Assembly: GCA_964016885.1 (NCBI GenBank)
Contig: OZ024740.1
Coordinates: forward strand, 286,626,001 to 286,690,000
DNA from: Eledone cirrhosa
Taxonomy: Eukaryota
Length of the DNA stretch: 64,000 nucleotides
Direction of reading: 5' to 3'
Shown in pieces: positions 52,635-63,572 of the stretch. How positions within the stretch are numbered: the first letter of the stretch is position 1; the number at the start of each line of letters is the position of its first letter. Both the position numbers and the translations under genes were made by a program. The notes beneath the pieces are model-generated. The model saw only the letters and a list, made by a program, of their open reading frames with translations, ran no database searches and was not told where the DNA came from.

Positions 52635-55110
52635 TCATCATCATCATCATCATCATCAATTTATGTCCACTTTTCCCTGTTTGCAAGGGTTGGACGGGTC
52701 CTATTCAGCACAACATCTCTCCACTTGTCACGGTCCTTTGTCATCTCCTTGATGAGCTTCAGTGATCTGAGGTCTGATCTCACCACCTCCGCCGATGTTT
52801 TTCGTGGTCAACCTCTACTGCGTCTTCCTTCTACTGGGATTTCTTGGCACTTCTTCACCCAGCGGTCATCCTCCATGCGCATCACATGTCCATACCCTTT
52901 CAGCCTTCTCTCCGAGGCACAAAACCAAACTGCATCTCATCTAATTTGACCCTTTCTCTAATCAATTGCGCTAATATTCTCTCTGCCACTTTCATAACCT
53001 GATCCATCAGCTTTATGCCCCTATAATTTCTCCTCTCTAGAGCATCCCATTTACCTTTGTAGCAATTTATGAGAATACTGCTGTACCAGTCTTTGGGTAT
53101 GACACCACCATATATAGCCTGATTGATGATGCGTGCAAATAGTTTAGTGCCTACTTCTCCTGATGCCTTCAGCATCTCAGCAACTATCCCCGACGGTCCA
53201 GCAGCCTTACAATTCTTCATTTCCTTAATTGCCTCTTGTACCCTATATTCGTCAATCTCAATAGCTGGTCCCTCTGTCGGGTCTACTGGAGGTAATTTCT
53301 CTCTCTCCCATTTGTTCTCCACATTCATCAGTCTCTCATAATGACATTTCCTCCTTTTTTTTATTATTCGTGACACTAAGTACACTGGCATCATTCCGGA
53401 CACACTTATCTCCAACAACATCCTGATTTGTACTGACACACTGCCTTGCAATGCACAACACCGCACGTCTCTGATCTTCCCGTCGCAGAACATTGGCAAA
53501 TCTCCTACTCTCAGCCTCCCTGCGTGCTAAGTACACCTGACGTCTAGCTCCTCTCTTAGCAGCTGTGCATCCTTCTCTACTCCCACCATTTTTCCAAGCC
53601 TTCCATACCAGTCTTTTGACTCTAATGGCCCTATCTACCGTGCTGTTCCACCACCAGTTCACTCTCTGTCTGGTTGAAGCTCTGCCCCAACCACAAGTTT
53701 CTTCAGTAGCCTGCAGTAAGTTGTCACGCAAGAAATTCCAGTTATATCTATGTCATACAACTTTAAATCGTCTTCTTTTTCGTCATACACATCTTGAAGG
53801 GCTTTGCTAAATTTATATTTTAATGAAAAGTCTTTTAGCTTCCAGACCTTTCTTTTCCACACCTTCCTGTATATCTCATTCCATCTCTTGCTTACTGAGA
53901 TGTCACTAACGACTAACCTATGCTGTGGGGTACATTCTTCCCTTGGGTATGCCTTAGTATTTGACACCATCTGTCTGTCTCGCTGTCTAACTAACAGGAA
54001 GTCAATCTGGCTTATGTGCTCACCCGATTTGTAGGTTATTAGGTGGTTGGTAGGCTTCTGGAAGTTGGTGTTGCAAATGGTTAGTGCATTTGCATCACAA
54101 AATTCAAGAAGCCTCATTCCTTCTTCATTTCTTGAGCCATAACCGTGCCTTCCATGTACCCCAGTGTATCCATCCTGGAGCTGTCCAACATGTCCATTGA
54201 AGTCCCCCGCTAGCATAACGATGTCTCTGTCCTCTGTCATTGAGGCTGTTTGCAAAAGTTGCTCGTAAAAGCAGTCTTTCTCTTCTTTACCTAGGCTTGC
54301 CTAGGGAGCATAGGCAGAGATGATTGTCAGTAGTCTCTTGCCTACAACTAATCTAAGCTTAATTATTCTATTACTAACTCTAACTACCTCTATTGTCTTA
54401 TTGATCCATCCCTCAGCCAGTAATATGCCCACCCCACCTAACCCATTATCATTACCCACCCAGAAAAGCTTATAACTACGATGGTTGCCTGTGATTAGTC
54501 TTGCGGAAGCACCTCTCCATCACACCTCTTGCACACATCCACATGCCTTCTCTCCAGCATCTCCGCTATCTCACCAGATCTACCTGTTAGAGTGCCAACA
54601 TTAAGTGTGGCAACTCTGAGATGCGACGTCTCGTTCTTTTTCCTGTTGTGCGATTGCCTGATGACGGTTGTGGGGTTCTCACACATGGCCTCGCTAGCCA
54701 CCACACTACCATGCGCAGCCCTAACATGGTTAGTGTTATTGCTGTTTACATAGTTGTTTTTATGCGATTGCCTGATGACAGTCGGGGGGGGGGGGGGTTC
54801 TCACACATGGCCTCACTAGCCACCCAACTACCGTGCGCAGCCCTAACATGGTTAGTGTTATTGCTGTTGACGCAGTTGTTGTAATTCTTATTTGTTGTGC
54901 TCATAATTTTAGCATTTATTATACTGGTCGGATGACCTTCCTAACACCAGCACCACTTTACAGCATGGACTGGGTGCTTTTATTCGTGCCACCAACACTA
55001 GAGAGGTTGTCTTACTGGACTCAGGGGTCCTATCCGCCCCTCCATTTTACATCATGGACTGTGTGTTTTTATTCGTGCCACCAGCACTAGGGAAGTTGTT
55101 TTACTGGACT
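52635..55110 (-). mobile_element. RTE family B element with 5'UTR, APE endonuclease and RT start, internally deleted
   Basis: LRVATLNVGTL, ISAYAP, AGDFNGHVG, NTNFQK, SQIDFLL, PQHRLV, NYRGIKLM, QFGFVP, then a direct jump at ~52898 to YGHVMRM...GRPRKT and a (GAT)n tail. Confidence 0.92.
54650..54868. repeat. Tandem duplication (~100-bp unit) at the RTE family B 5'UTR/ORF start
   Basis: tgcgattgcctgatgac...ggggttctcacacatggcctc...gcgcagccctaacatggttagtgttattgctgtt occurs twice. Confidence 0.9.
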
Positions 55111-55849
55111 TTAGGAGACTTAGAAATATAAAAATCATAATCATGTTCTATCATCATCATCATTATCATCACCATTCAACATCTATTTTCTGTGCTTGCA
55201 TGGGTTAGATAGATCTGGTGAGTATGTCTTGCTTGTACACGCTGTTTTTGGCATGGCTCCTACAACCAGATGCCTATCCTAATGCCAACCACTTTACAAC
55301 ATGTAGTGGGGCATTTTATTGTGACTCTGGCTTTACCACCTTACGGGGGAACTGGATGTTTCTTTTTAAGGCACAGACACTATCACCTTCCAGGGAGGAG
55401 TGGGTGTTTTTTGTGGCACCAACACTACTGCCATATAGTGCAAGCTGGGTGCTTTTTATTATGACTCCAGTATTACCACCATGCACTACAAATTGAGTGC
55501 ATTTTATTGTGGAACCAACACTACTACCTTACAGTACAGATTGAGTGCTTTTTATTGTGGTACCCGCACTATCACCTTACAGATTTGACACCAGCACTAC
55601 CATTTTACAGGGGATACAAATGGTTACCTGTGGGATTCCAGATAGAGATAGTTAGAAGGAAATATACGCAGCATCTAGTTAAATATTTATTCTTGGAGCA
55701 GATGTTTTTCAGATGGATTCCACTTCCTTGTGTGAATATATTTAAGGAATTTAGATTTAGTGTAGCACTATACTTTTGGTAATTTGTTTTCTTTCATTTA
55801 TTTTTGAGTTTCTAGATTGTTCCTGTTTTCCCCGTTTAGTTGCAAACCT

Positions 55850-55888
55850 CAACATGAAACTATAGAAAACTTCTATAGTTTCATGTTG
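55850..55888. repeat. Perfect 18-bp-stem hairpin
   Basis: caacatgaaactatagaa-aac-ttctatagtttcatgttg. Confidence 0.9.
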
Positions 55889-56476
55889 TTCATGTTCTTA
55901 ATGTGTAACCCATTCAATTCTCACCACATGTAATCCATAAAAAACGTTGGTAGCAACTGAACCAATCTAAATTGTTATTTTCTCTTCCTCCTATGTTTTC
56001 TTTTTTACTTTTCTTCCTTGTATTCATTCTCCCCCCCCCCCTCTCTATATATATATAATCCTCTATTTCTATCTTCCCTCTTTCTCTCATTTACCTCCCG
56101 TCTCTTTCCTCACTTTCTCCCCATTACACTATCTATCTACCTCTCCTCATAAATCTCCTCTCTTCTCCTCTCTCTGCCCCTACTGTTTTGTTTCTCTTTT
56201 TTTTTCTTTTATGTTTATTTGTTTTTGTATTCCCTTCCCTTTTCCATCTTTTTACTGCTATCCTTTTCTTTTTTTATTTCTACATTTATATCCAGTTTAG
56301 AAAAAATACACCATATCCCTGTATGTTGTTGTTGGCCTCAAGGGAAGCATTCAGTCATAAAACATTACCTGAAAAAGGACCTCATAATTATTACGAAGCT
56401 TGTCATAGGACCTATATGGTTAACCTCTGTTTTAGCTAGGAAAATGGCCTTGACCCATTTGTTACCATAATATTAA

Positions 56477-56694
56477 CCCTTTAGCATTTAAACCAGCCGT
56501 ATTTGGTCGGATTTCTCTCACCTCTTTCTGTTCAAACTGGCTGTAACTGGCCATTCATACTAATGTTAATGTATTGTTCTCAAAATAAGTAATATCAAAA
56601 TCTCATAGATTCAATATGTGAAGTAATTATGTGAGGTAAAGACTTTACCATGAAAATATAATAGTGTATATAGAGTAATGTAAATGCTAAAGGG
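56477..56694 (+). mobile_element. piggyBac-like MITE
   Basis: TTAA|CCCTTTAGCATTTA ... TAAATGCTAAAGGG|TAAG: 14-bp TIR with CCC/GGG ends; copies at 7127 and 12100. Confidence 0.8.
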
Positions 56695-57146
56695 TAAGGA
56701 AACACATTACCTATGTGTTTCAATTAATTTTGTAATATAATCAAGAATATGGAGAGATTAAGTAAAATAGTTAATATTTTTTACATTATTTAGCCATTGT
56801 TTGGAATATTACAAAACGTACATAAAATTATGAGGAAGGGACTTTTATATAATCACAAACACTTTAAAACGGACAGTTTTCTATCACAGAACCATGGGCA
56901 GTTTTAGGTAGGTTGGTATCCACAGGGTTAAAATTGTAGTTGTATTCTTTCTTCTTTTTCTTAATCTTCCATTCTTTTCCTCCTTTGTATTTTTATACAC
57001 TCTCTCCTTCACCCAACTCCTGTCCTCTCCCTTCTCTAATTCAAGCAATAGCCCTAGTATCATGTTGAGCCTGTAATAAATAACTTTTTTTGTGTTTTGC
57101 ATTTCATTTTAATGTTTTATCTTATTCAATGATTTTGTTGTTGCAG

Positions 57147-57517
57147 GAGAAGTTCAAAATGGCCGGATAAATTCATCTTCCCAGACTAATTTTGGGGATG
57201 ACATGGAACCGAGAGTACATATTATCTTACAAGGTATGAATGGAGTGTCTGAGACAGGTCCTCACTCAGAACTTGACTATCCACCTCCATCTTACGAAGA
57301 AGCTATATCAATGCCCAGTCAGTCACCCTCCAGAAATCAACAACAACAAACTCACACGACTACTTCAAGAACAACAGCAACAGAAACAGCACTAGCAGAA
57401 GAAGAGGAAGAAGAAGTACCTGCAACAACAACAACAACAACAACAACAACGGCAACAGCAGCAACAGAAACACAGCTGTTGCATCCAAATCTGTCTCACC
57501 GTTTATTTGATACCTAA
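57147..57517 (+). CDS. Host gene terminal coding exon: cytoplasmic tail with PPxY motif
   Basis: Acceptor ttttgttgttgcAG, phase 1, open to TAA at 57515-57517: (G)EVQNGRINSSSQTNFGDDMEPRV...ELDYPPPSYEEAISMPS...QQQQ...EEEEEE...TTTTTTTTT...RLFDT*. The five exons sum to 1089 nt = 362 aa plus stop. Confidence 0.85.
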
Positions 57518-57906
57518 CTGCTACACTCTAAAAACACCATTAAACTGCTGAGCAGATGGGAATATTGCCTTCAAGACAAACTCCTCCTTAAACTCTCCAA
57601 AATGTGCCAAGTCTTTCAAATATGTCATTGATATTTTAAAATATCCTGACCTTTTGACCTATAGAAATTTTAAGCTTCACTACCCAAAGAAGTTTTTGGA
57701 AGTTCATTTCAACATTTCTTTATTTTTTTCCTTCCATCATTTCAGCATGCACAAATTCACATGCGCGCACACACACATACACACACACATTCATTTTAGT
57801 ATATATACATTCTGACAAATATACATGAAATACAAGCAGCATGTATACACATTCATACTTTATTTTTATATTTGTTTTTCTTTGGCTCTCAAATTTCTTT
57901 TAAAAA

Positions 57907-57912
57907 AATAAA
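57907..57912 (+). terminator. Candidate proximal polyadenylation signal; further AATAAA cluster at ~60298-60435
   Basis: AATAAA hexamer about 390 nt after the stop. The context is A-rich, so the true 3' end is uncertain. Confidence 0.25.
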
Positions 57913-58547
57913 CGAAAACAATTATCAAAGAAAAAGAAATATTATTTACTAACTCTACTAAATCTATAGGAGTGACTATGAGCCCCCTATTAACATTGGA
58001 CCAATACTTATTTTCTTTTACTTTCCCAATATTTTTCTGACATTTGTTAAATGTATGTAACTAACATCAAAATGAAATCACAGCTATGACACACCATAAA
58101 AACAAAATGACCCAGCAACAAATGACAGTGTTTTCAAAACAGTGTCTGTTGGTCATGGGTTAGATGTAATCTGCACTTTCCCTTTGGTCACATGATAATA
58201 TCTATCATATGCTTAGTGAATCATCTATTTCTGTGGTTGGTCTATCAGTTTTTCTCCCCCATCCTCTCTCTCTAAGTAGCATTTGTCACTTTGCTCTCTC
58301 TCTCTCTCTTTCTCTCTTGCCTCCTTACCTTCCTCTCTCTCTCTCTCTCTCATTCTCTTATTTCCTCTGTTCTTTTCTCTATTATTATCTAATTCTCTTC
58401 ATGTAGTTGATACCTTCCCCTTATTTTCCTCTGACAGTTTCTGAATACATTCATACACACATCTGATTTTGTATTTTATATGTGTGTTTCTGGAGAACAG
58501 ATAAAGGAAAAAGAGCACTCTGGGATAAGTACAGAGTCAAAATATAT

Positions 58548-58772
58548 TATTATAAATAATTTCTCAACACAATTGCTTGCTACTTAAGGTTTCAAAACCT
58601 ACTCTTACATGGGGCATAATGTTTCTATGACCTATGCTTTGAAACTTTATGTAGCAAGCAACTGTGCTGAGAGATTATTTATAATATATATTGGTTGACT
58701 GTTACTCTGGTTTCGCCAATGCTGACTAATCATCAGTCTGAATGATTAGCCAGCATTGACAAAACCAGAGTA
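58548..58772. repeat. Two adjacent imperfect fold-back hairpins
   Basis: Arms 58548-58596 / 58638-58685 (attataaataat...ttgcttgctac...gtttcaaa) and 58703-58733 / 58742-58772 (tactctggtttcgccaatgctgactaatcat). Confidence 0.85.
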
Positions 58773-59364
58773 CTAATTAACTGAGTTATAATATATACAA
58801 CTCTACCACATGTATGGGGCCACCACATCAGTAAATATTTTTCTCATTTATATACCTATAAATCTACAGCCCAATTTTAATATTGATATGCATATATATA
58901 TAGATATGTGTGTGCGTGTATTGATCTAACTTTGGTTTGTTCTTGTTCAAGCCATACAAGCACAGGAAAGCAGATTTAAAATGACAATAGGGTACAAGGC
59001 AAAGTTAGTGGTGCCAATACCATAATAAAATGCACCAAGTACACTTTGTAATGTGGTCAGCATGTGAGTGGAGACAATATAGAGGAGAGAAGGCTCTTTT
59101 TTGTCTGACATAGGAGATGACAACCTATCTAGTGTTGGTTCTAAGGCAGATTACATCCAATACACCCTATAAAGTGGTTGGTATCAAGGAGAGCATACAA
59201 CCATAAAATAATTCCCTAAATGGTACATACAAATGAACGTGGTCCTCTGCTTTGTCTAAAAGCGCAGTAATTCTGGTTAAGAACAAACCCAGATCATGAC
59301 AACCCATCTTATCCATGTCAGCATGGATAGTAGACTGAAAATGATGATGATGATGATATATCTA

Positions 59365-59397
<33 letters not shown>

Positions 59398-59468
59398 GCG
59401 TGTGTTTAATTTTTATATTTATTTTGCAAAATTGTGTATCTGAAAGCGTGTGTTGAAACAGATATTGT

Positions 59469-59866
59469 TATACTTTGGGAGGGTCATGCTGCCATTAAAA
59501 CACATGCACCTGTTGGTTTTCACTTTAATTTATTATAAACTCCCAGTTGGTTAGTTTAATAACCGAACGGTTGTTTAGTTGTTGATTATCAAAGCTCTTT
59601 TGTCACACATTCTGTGACTTCCTCAATGACTACCTTTGTTGTTATTTTGTGTCTCTCCTTTGTTCTGTCCTACACCATCTTGTTTTCACAAAATAAGGTA
59701 GTCACTGAGGAGGTCACAGAATGTGTGATGAAAGAGCTTTGAAAATCAACAACTAAACAACCATCCAATTATTAAACTAACCAACTAGGAGTTTATAATA
59801 AATTGAAGTGAAAACCAACAGCTGCGTGTGTGTTTTTTATTGGTAGCATGACCCTCCCAAAGTATA
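59469..59866. repeat. Long inverted repeat (~168-bp arms), probably inverted Penelope pseudo-LTR pieces between (AT)n tracts
   Basis: 59469-59636 pairs with 59695-59866 (tatactttgggagggtcatgc / gcatgaccctcccaaagtata, and onward). Confidence 0.92.
59697..59747 (+). ncRNA. Putative minimal type I hammerhead ribozyme-like motif (Penelope-type), possibly decayed
   Basis: ggtagtca-CTGAGGA-g-GTCACA gaatg TGTGAT-GAAA-gagc-TT-tgaaaatc: both core boxes, a 6-bp stem II, a minimal stem III and a partial stem I. Confidence 0.45.
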
Positions 59867-59912
59867 TATATATATATTTGTATATATTTATATGCATATA
59901 TATATATATATG

Positions 59913-59943
<31 letters not shown>

Positions 59944-60959
59944 GCATATATGTGTTTATATATTAATATAAGTCATTAACTTGCAATGTTGTGAATGTAT
60001 GTGAAAGTTTACAAATTTATTCACTGAAATCCTCTACATCTCACTCTTTTTTTGTCCAGCCCTCTTTCTCTCTATCTATTTATCTCTCTATATATCTATC
60101 TCTATCTCAGCTTCTGTGACAGATAGTTATTTGCTTAATGATAGCCAATAACATTGCTCAAACACATTTACTCCGGATCTCCATTTCTCATAATTTAATT
60201 ATCCTTTATCTAAAACAATTTCATGACTGCAATGTGTTTGTTTTCTAATGCATCTATGATGCTATAATTTAATACATGAAAAAAATAAAAACAAAACAAT
60301 AAAAAAAAATACAATTATCATTTTCAAAATTCATTCAGTGTTGCCAAGAACAATGTGAAAATAAACAATGATGAAAAATGAAATATTTTTCCTGATGAGT
60401 TTCTAATAAATAAAAATAAGAGAAAAAAAAATAAAAATTTCAAAATATCCTTTACAAAAACAAGGAAAAAATTGCCAAAAATTTAAAAGTTCATTTTGAT
60501 ATTTAAACAATATACAAATCTTCTACTAGTATGTTTGTTTGTATCGATGTTGAAACTTCGGAAATTTTCTTGTATCTTTTTTTTATCAATGTCTTTTTTT
60601 CTTTCTGTTTGTTTGTTTTTTTTAAATATCTTTTTGATCAATGTAAAGTAATTTACCTGTGGTTTCTGCTACTATTCATTGGTGTGGAAAATACCTTTGT
60701 GTATGTTTGTGTGTGTGTTTCCTCTGTTAAATGAATTACCTGTAATTTACCTTAATTTATAGCCACCTTATTTTGTAATTTTTACAATACCCACCCAACC
60801 CCCACCTTGTCAGTTCAATATTTTTGTTAGAAAATTCTCCTAATACATAGTCATGCATACACACAGTCACACATAATTACACACACTGACATGCACACAC
60901 ATGCCCACATACACACATTTATTTGAAAAATTGAAATGAAATTCACAACTCACATCTCT

Positions 60960-61153
60960 GCAGGTTTAGCTAGCCTCATACAAGGTTGCAATCTCAGCAG
61001 GCTTCTCGGGTGTTTTAATGATAGACCCCAGTTCCATCGTGGAAAGCAACATAAAATGAAGCTTCTTGCTGAAGAACACAATTCCGGAACCCGGAATTGA
61101 ACCAATGACTTTATGATTGAGAGTCCAACACCCTAACCCCCAGGCCACATGCC
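60960..61153 (-). mobile_element. CORE-type SINE
   Basis: Minus strand ggcatgtggcctggggg...ggttcaattccgg...gtgttcttcagcaagaagcttc. Confidence 0.65.
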
Positions 61154-61289
61154 ATCACATATATTCATTTGAAGCATTGTATATGAGAGACACTACTCAC
61201 AATTTCTCAATAATGATCCTCAGACTCAGCTTTGAATAATGTATTGTTGGACCTTTGTTGATTCTGACAATGAGTATATCAGATGTTCA

Positions 61290-61521
61290 AACAACAGAAC
61301 AGCCTGCTTTTTAAATTAACATAACATAGTTCTCAGGGAGATTCAGCATGACACTGTGTGACAAAGCTGGCCCTTTGAATTACAGATACAACTCATTTTT
61401 GTCAGCTGAGTGGCTGTAGCAACATGAAATAAAGTGTTTTGCTCAAGACAACATGCTGCTGGAATTGAACTCATGACTTTATGATCATGAGCCAAACACT
61501 CTAATCACAAAGCCATGCACC
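61290..61521 (-). mobile_element. CORE-type SINE, same subfamily as 52040-52322
   Basis: gagattcagcatgac...ggccctttgaat...agctgagtgg...caacatgaaataaa is shared with 52144-52240. Confidence 0.7.
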
Positions 61522-61523
61522 AT

Positions 61524-61566
<43 letters not shown>

Positions 61567-61567
<1 letters not shown>

Positions 61568-62712
61568 TCCTTATAAGTAGACGAGAAAACAGAACCCAGA
61601 TCCCCTCAGGGAAATGGCCTTGCTCAGTATGTAGGAAAGGTGTAGGTAGGAACTCCATTCTTTGCCCCAAATGCAAACAATGGGTACACAAGAGATGTAG
61701 CGGGATCTCAGGAAGCTTAATTAAGAATGTAGGATTCACATGCAGCAGCTGTGCTGAAACAGCAAGCAAACAGCCACAGGAAACAAGTACCACCAATCTC
61801 TGGGAGGGCCCTGTAGAAACAGTAGACAGCTTCTGCTACCTAGGTGACCGAATTAGCAACGGAGGTGGGTGCTCAGAAAGTACAATAACTAGGGTAAGAA
61901 CGGGATGGAAGAAGTTTAGGGAACTACTACCACTGCTAGCTGCAAAAGGCTTCTCCCTCAGAATGAAAGGCAGACTGTATGATGCGTGTATCCGAACAGC
62001 GATGTTGCATGGTAGTGAGACCTGGGCGCTGAAGGTGGAAGACTTACGTAGATTAGAGAGAAACGAAGCCTGCATGCTCCGATGGATGTGTAACAGTAAT
62101 ATACGTGAACGACAAAGCATAAATGAATTGAGAGAGAGACTGAGCATAAGAGGAATCAAATGCTGCGTGCAGGAGAGGCGGTTACGCTGGTATGGACATG
62201 TGATGCGTATGAAGGATGACAGCTGCATAAAAAGGTGCAGAGCACTAGAAGTTGATGGAAACCGCGGAGTGGGGAGACCCAAGATGACTTGGGATGAGGT
62301 GATAAGAGCCGACCTTACCCAACTACACCTCTCAAAGTCAATGACACACGACCGTGACTTCTGGCGTCACGCAGTAATACAGGGTACCCGACCTCCCATG
62401 GGTACATGCTGAAGCATATAAACAATATGCCCCCCCCCCCACCGCAAGGTGGTCGTGGAGGTGCCACGGCAAAAAAGCACCCAGCCCACACTGTAAAGTG
62501 GACGTGTAGGCGCCACGAAAAAGCACCCAGCACTCACTGTAAATGAGGTTGGTGTTAGGAAGGGCATCCAGCTGTAGAAATCAAGCCAGATCAGTTCCTG
62601 TATGAGCAAGGCATGGTCAGCCGACCAGACACTGCCCACAACAGGACAACCCGTCTAACCCATGCTAGCGTGGAAGAACGGACGTAAAACGGTGATGATG
62701 ATGATGATGATG
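61567..62712 (+). mobile_element. Young 5'-truncated RTE family A copy inserted in a (TA)n tract
   Basis: Uninterrupted frame 61567-62412 (VLISRRENRTQIPSGKWPC...LRWYGHVMRM...), 3'UTR and (GAT)n tail, with (TA)n on both sides. Confidence 0.95.
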
Positions 62713-63152
62713 ATATATATATGTGTGTGTGTATGCATACATATATAATTGGCCATCACCTCAATAAACAACCAAAGAATGTCTCAAAATGAGCCAGAGT
62801 TTTTCTACTTTTACTTGAGTGCTATGGCTGTTTAGTGCCCAAGCCCAAAGTAGGGCCTATAATTGGAGTGGGTCAGTTAGTACATTGATCCAGGAACCCA
62901 GAGAGCCAAGGAGATGCCTGTGAATATCTCATGCTCCCCACTTACCGTCTCCTAGAAAAAAATATTCTCGGTCACCTTGAATTTCAGAGGAGATTCTCCC
63001 TTTCTCCCTAGAATCCAAAAACATTTTTGTTCTGCCTTGTAAAATTTATATTTTTAGTAACCTTATGACAGATTACTAACACTTTAGTTGATAATTTAGT
63101 TTGTCAATCCTTACAACTCCCTCTTAAACGAAAACATGAGTAAACAGCACAC

Positions 63153-63198
<46 letters not shown>

Positions 63199-63539
63199 TT
63201 ATACTATGTATGGATGAATCATGTCTGATTGTGCAGAAACTGTTATATGTATATGTTATTCATATAATTTTTTATTCTTTTTTTTGTATAAAAAAATAAT
63301 AATAATTTTTACATTTGTTTAATTTCACTTTTTTTTTGCTTTGAATAATTGATGTAAATTCTATAAAAGTTATATGTAAATCAACAAATGTGAAAAAGTA
63401 CAAATTATGTTTGTTCATCCTATTTTCAGTAAAGGGTTTTTAATTTCCCTTCATAAAAATTAACTAACGAACCATCCGTATTTAACTGTTTTTATGCTGA
63501 CATTCTACTTTTCAGTATGTTATATGTTTATACATATCT

Positions 63540-63548
<9 letters not shown>

Positions 63549-63572
<24 letters not shown>

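Noticed and set aside
55270-55610. CRISPR-like array of repeated gtgctttttattgtggcacca motifs
   Set aside because: The units are degenerate sub-repeats of the RTE-derived module, the spacers are not unique, there are no cas genes, and the context is eukaryotic.
60392-60410. CTGATGA hammerhead box
   Set aside because: No stem II or GAAA box follows.
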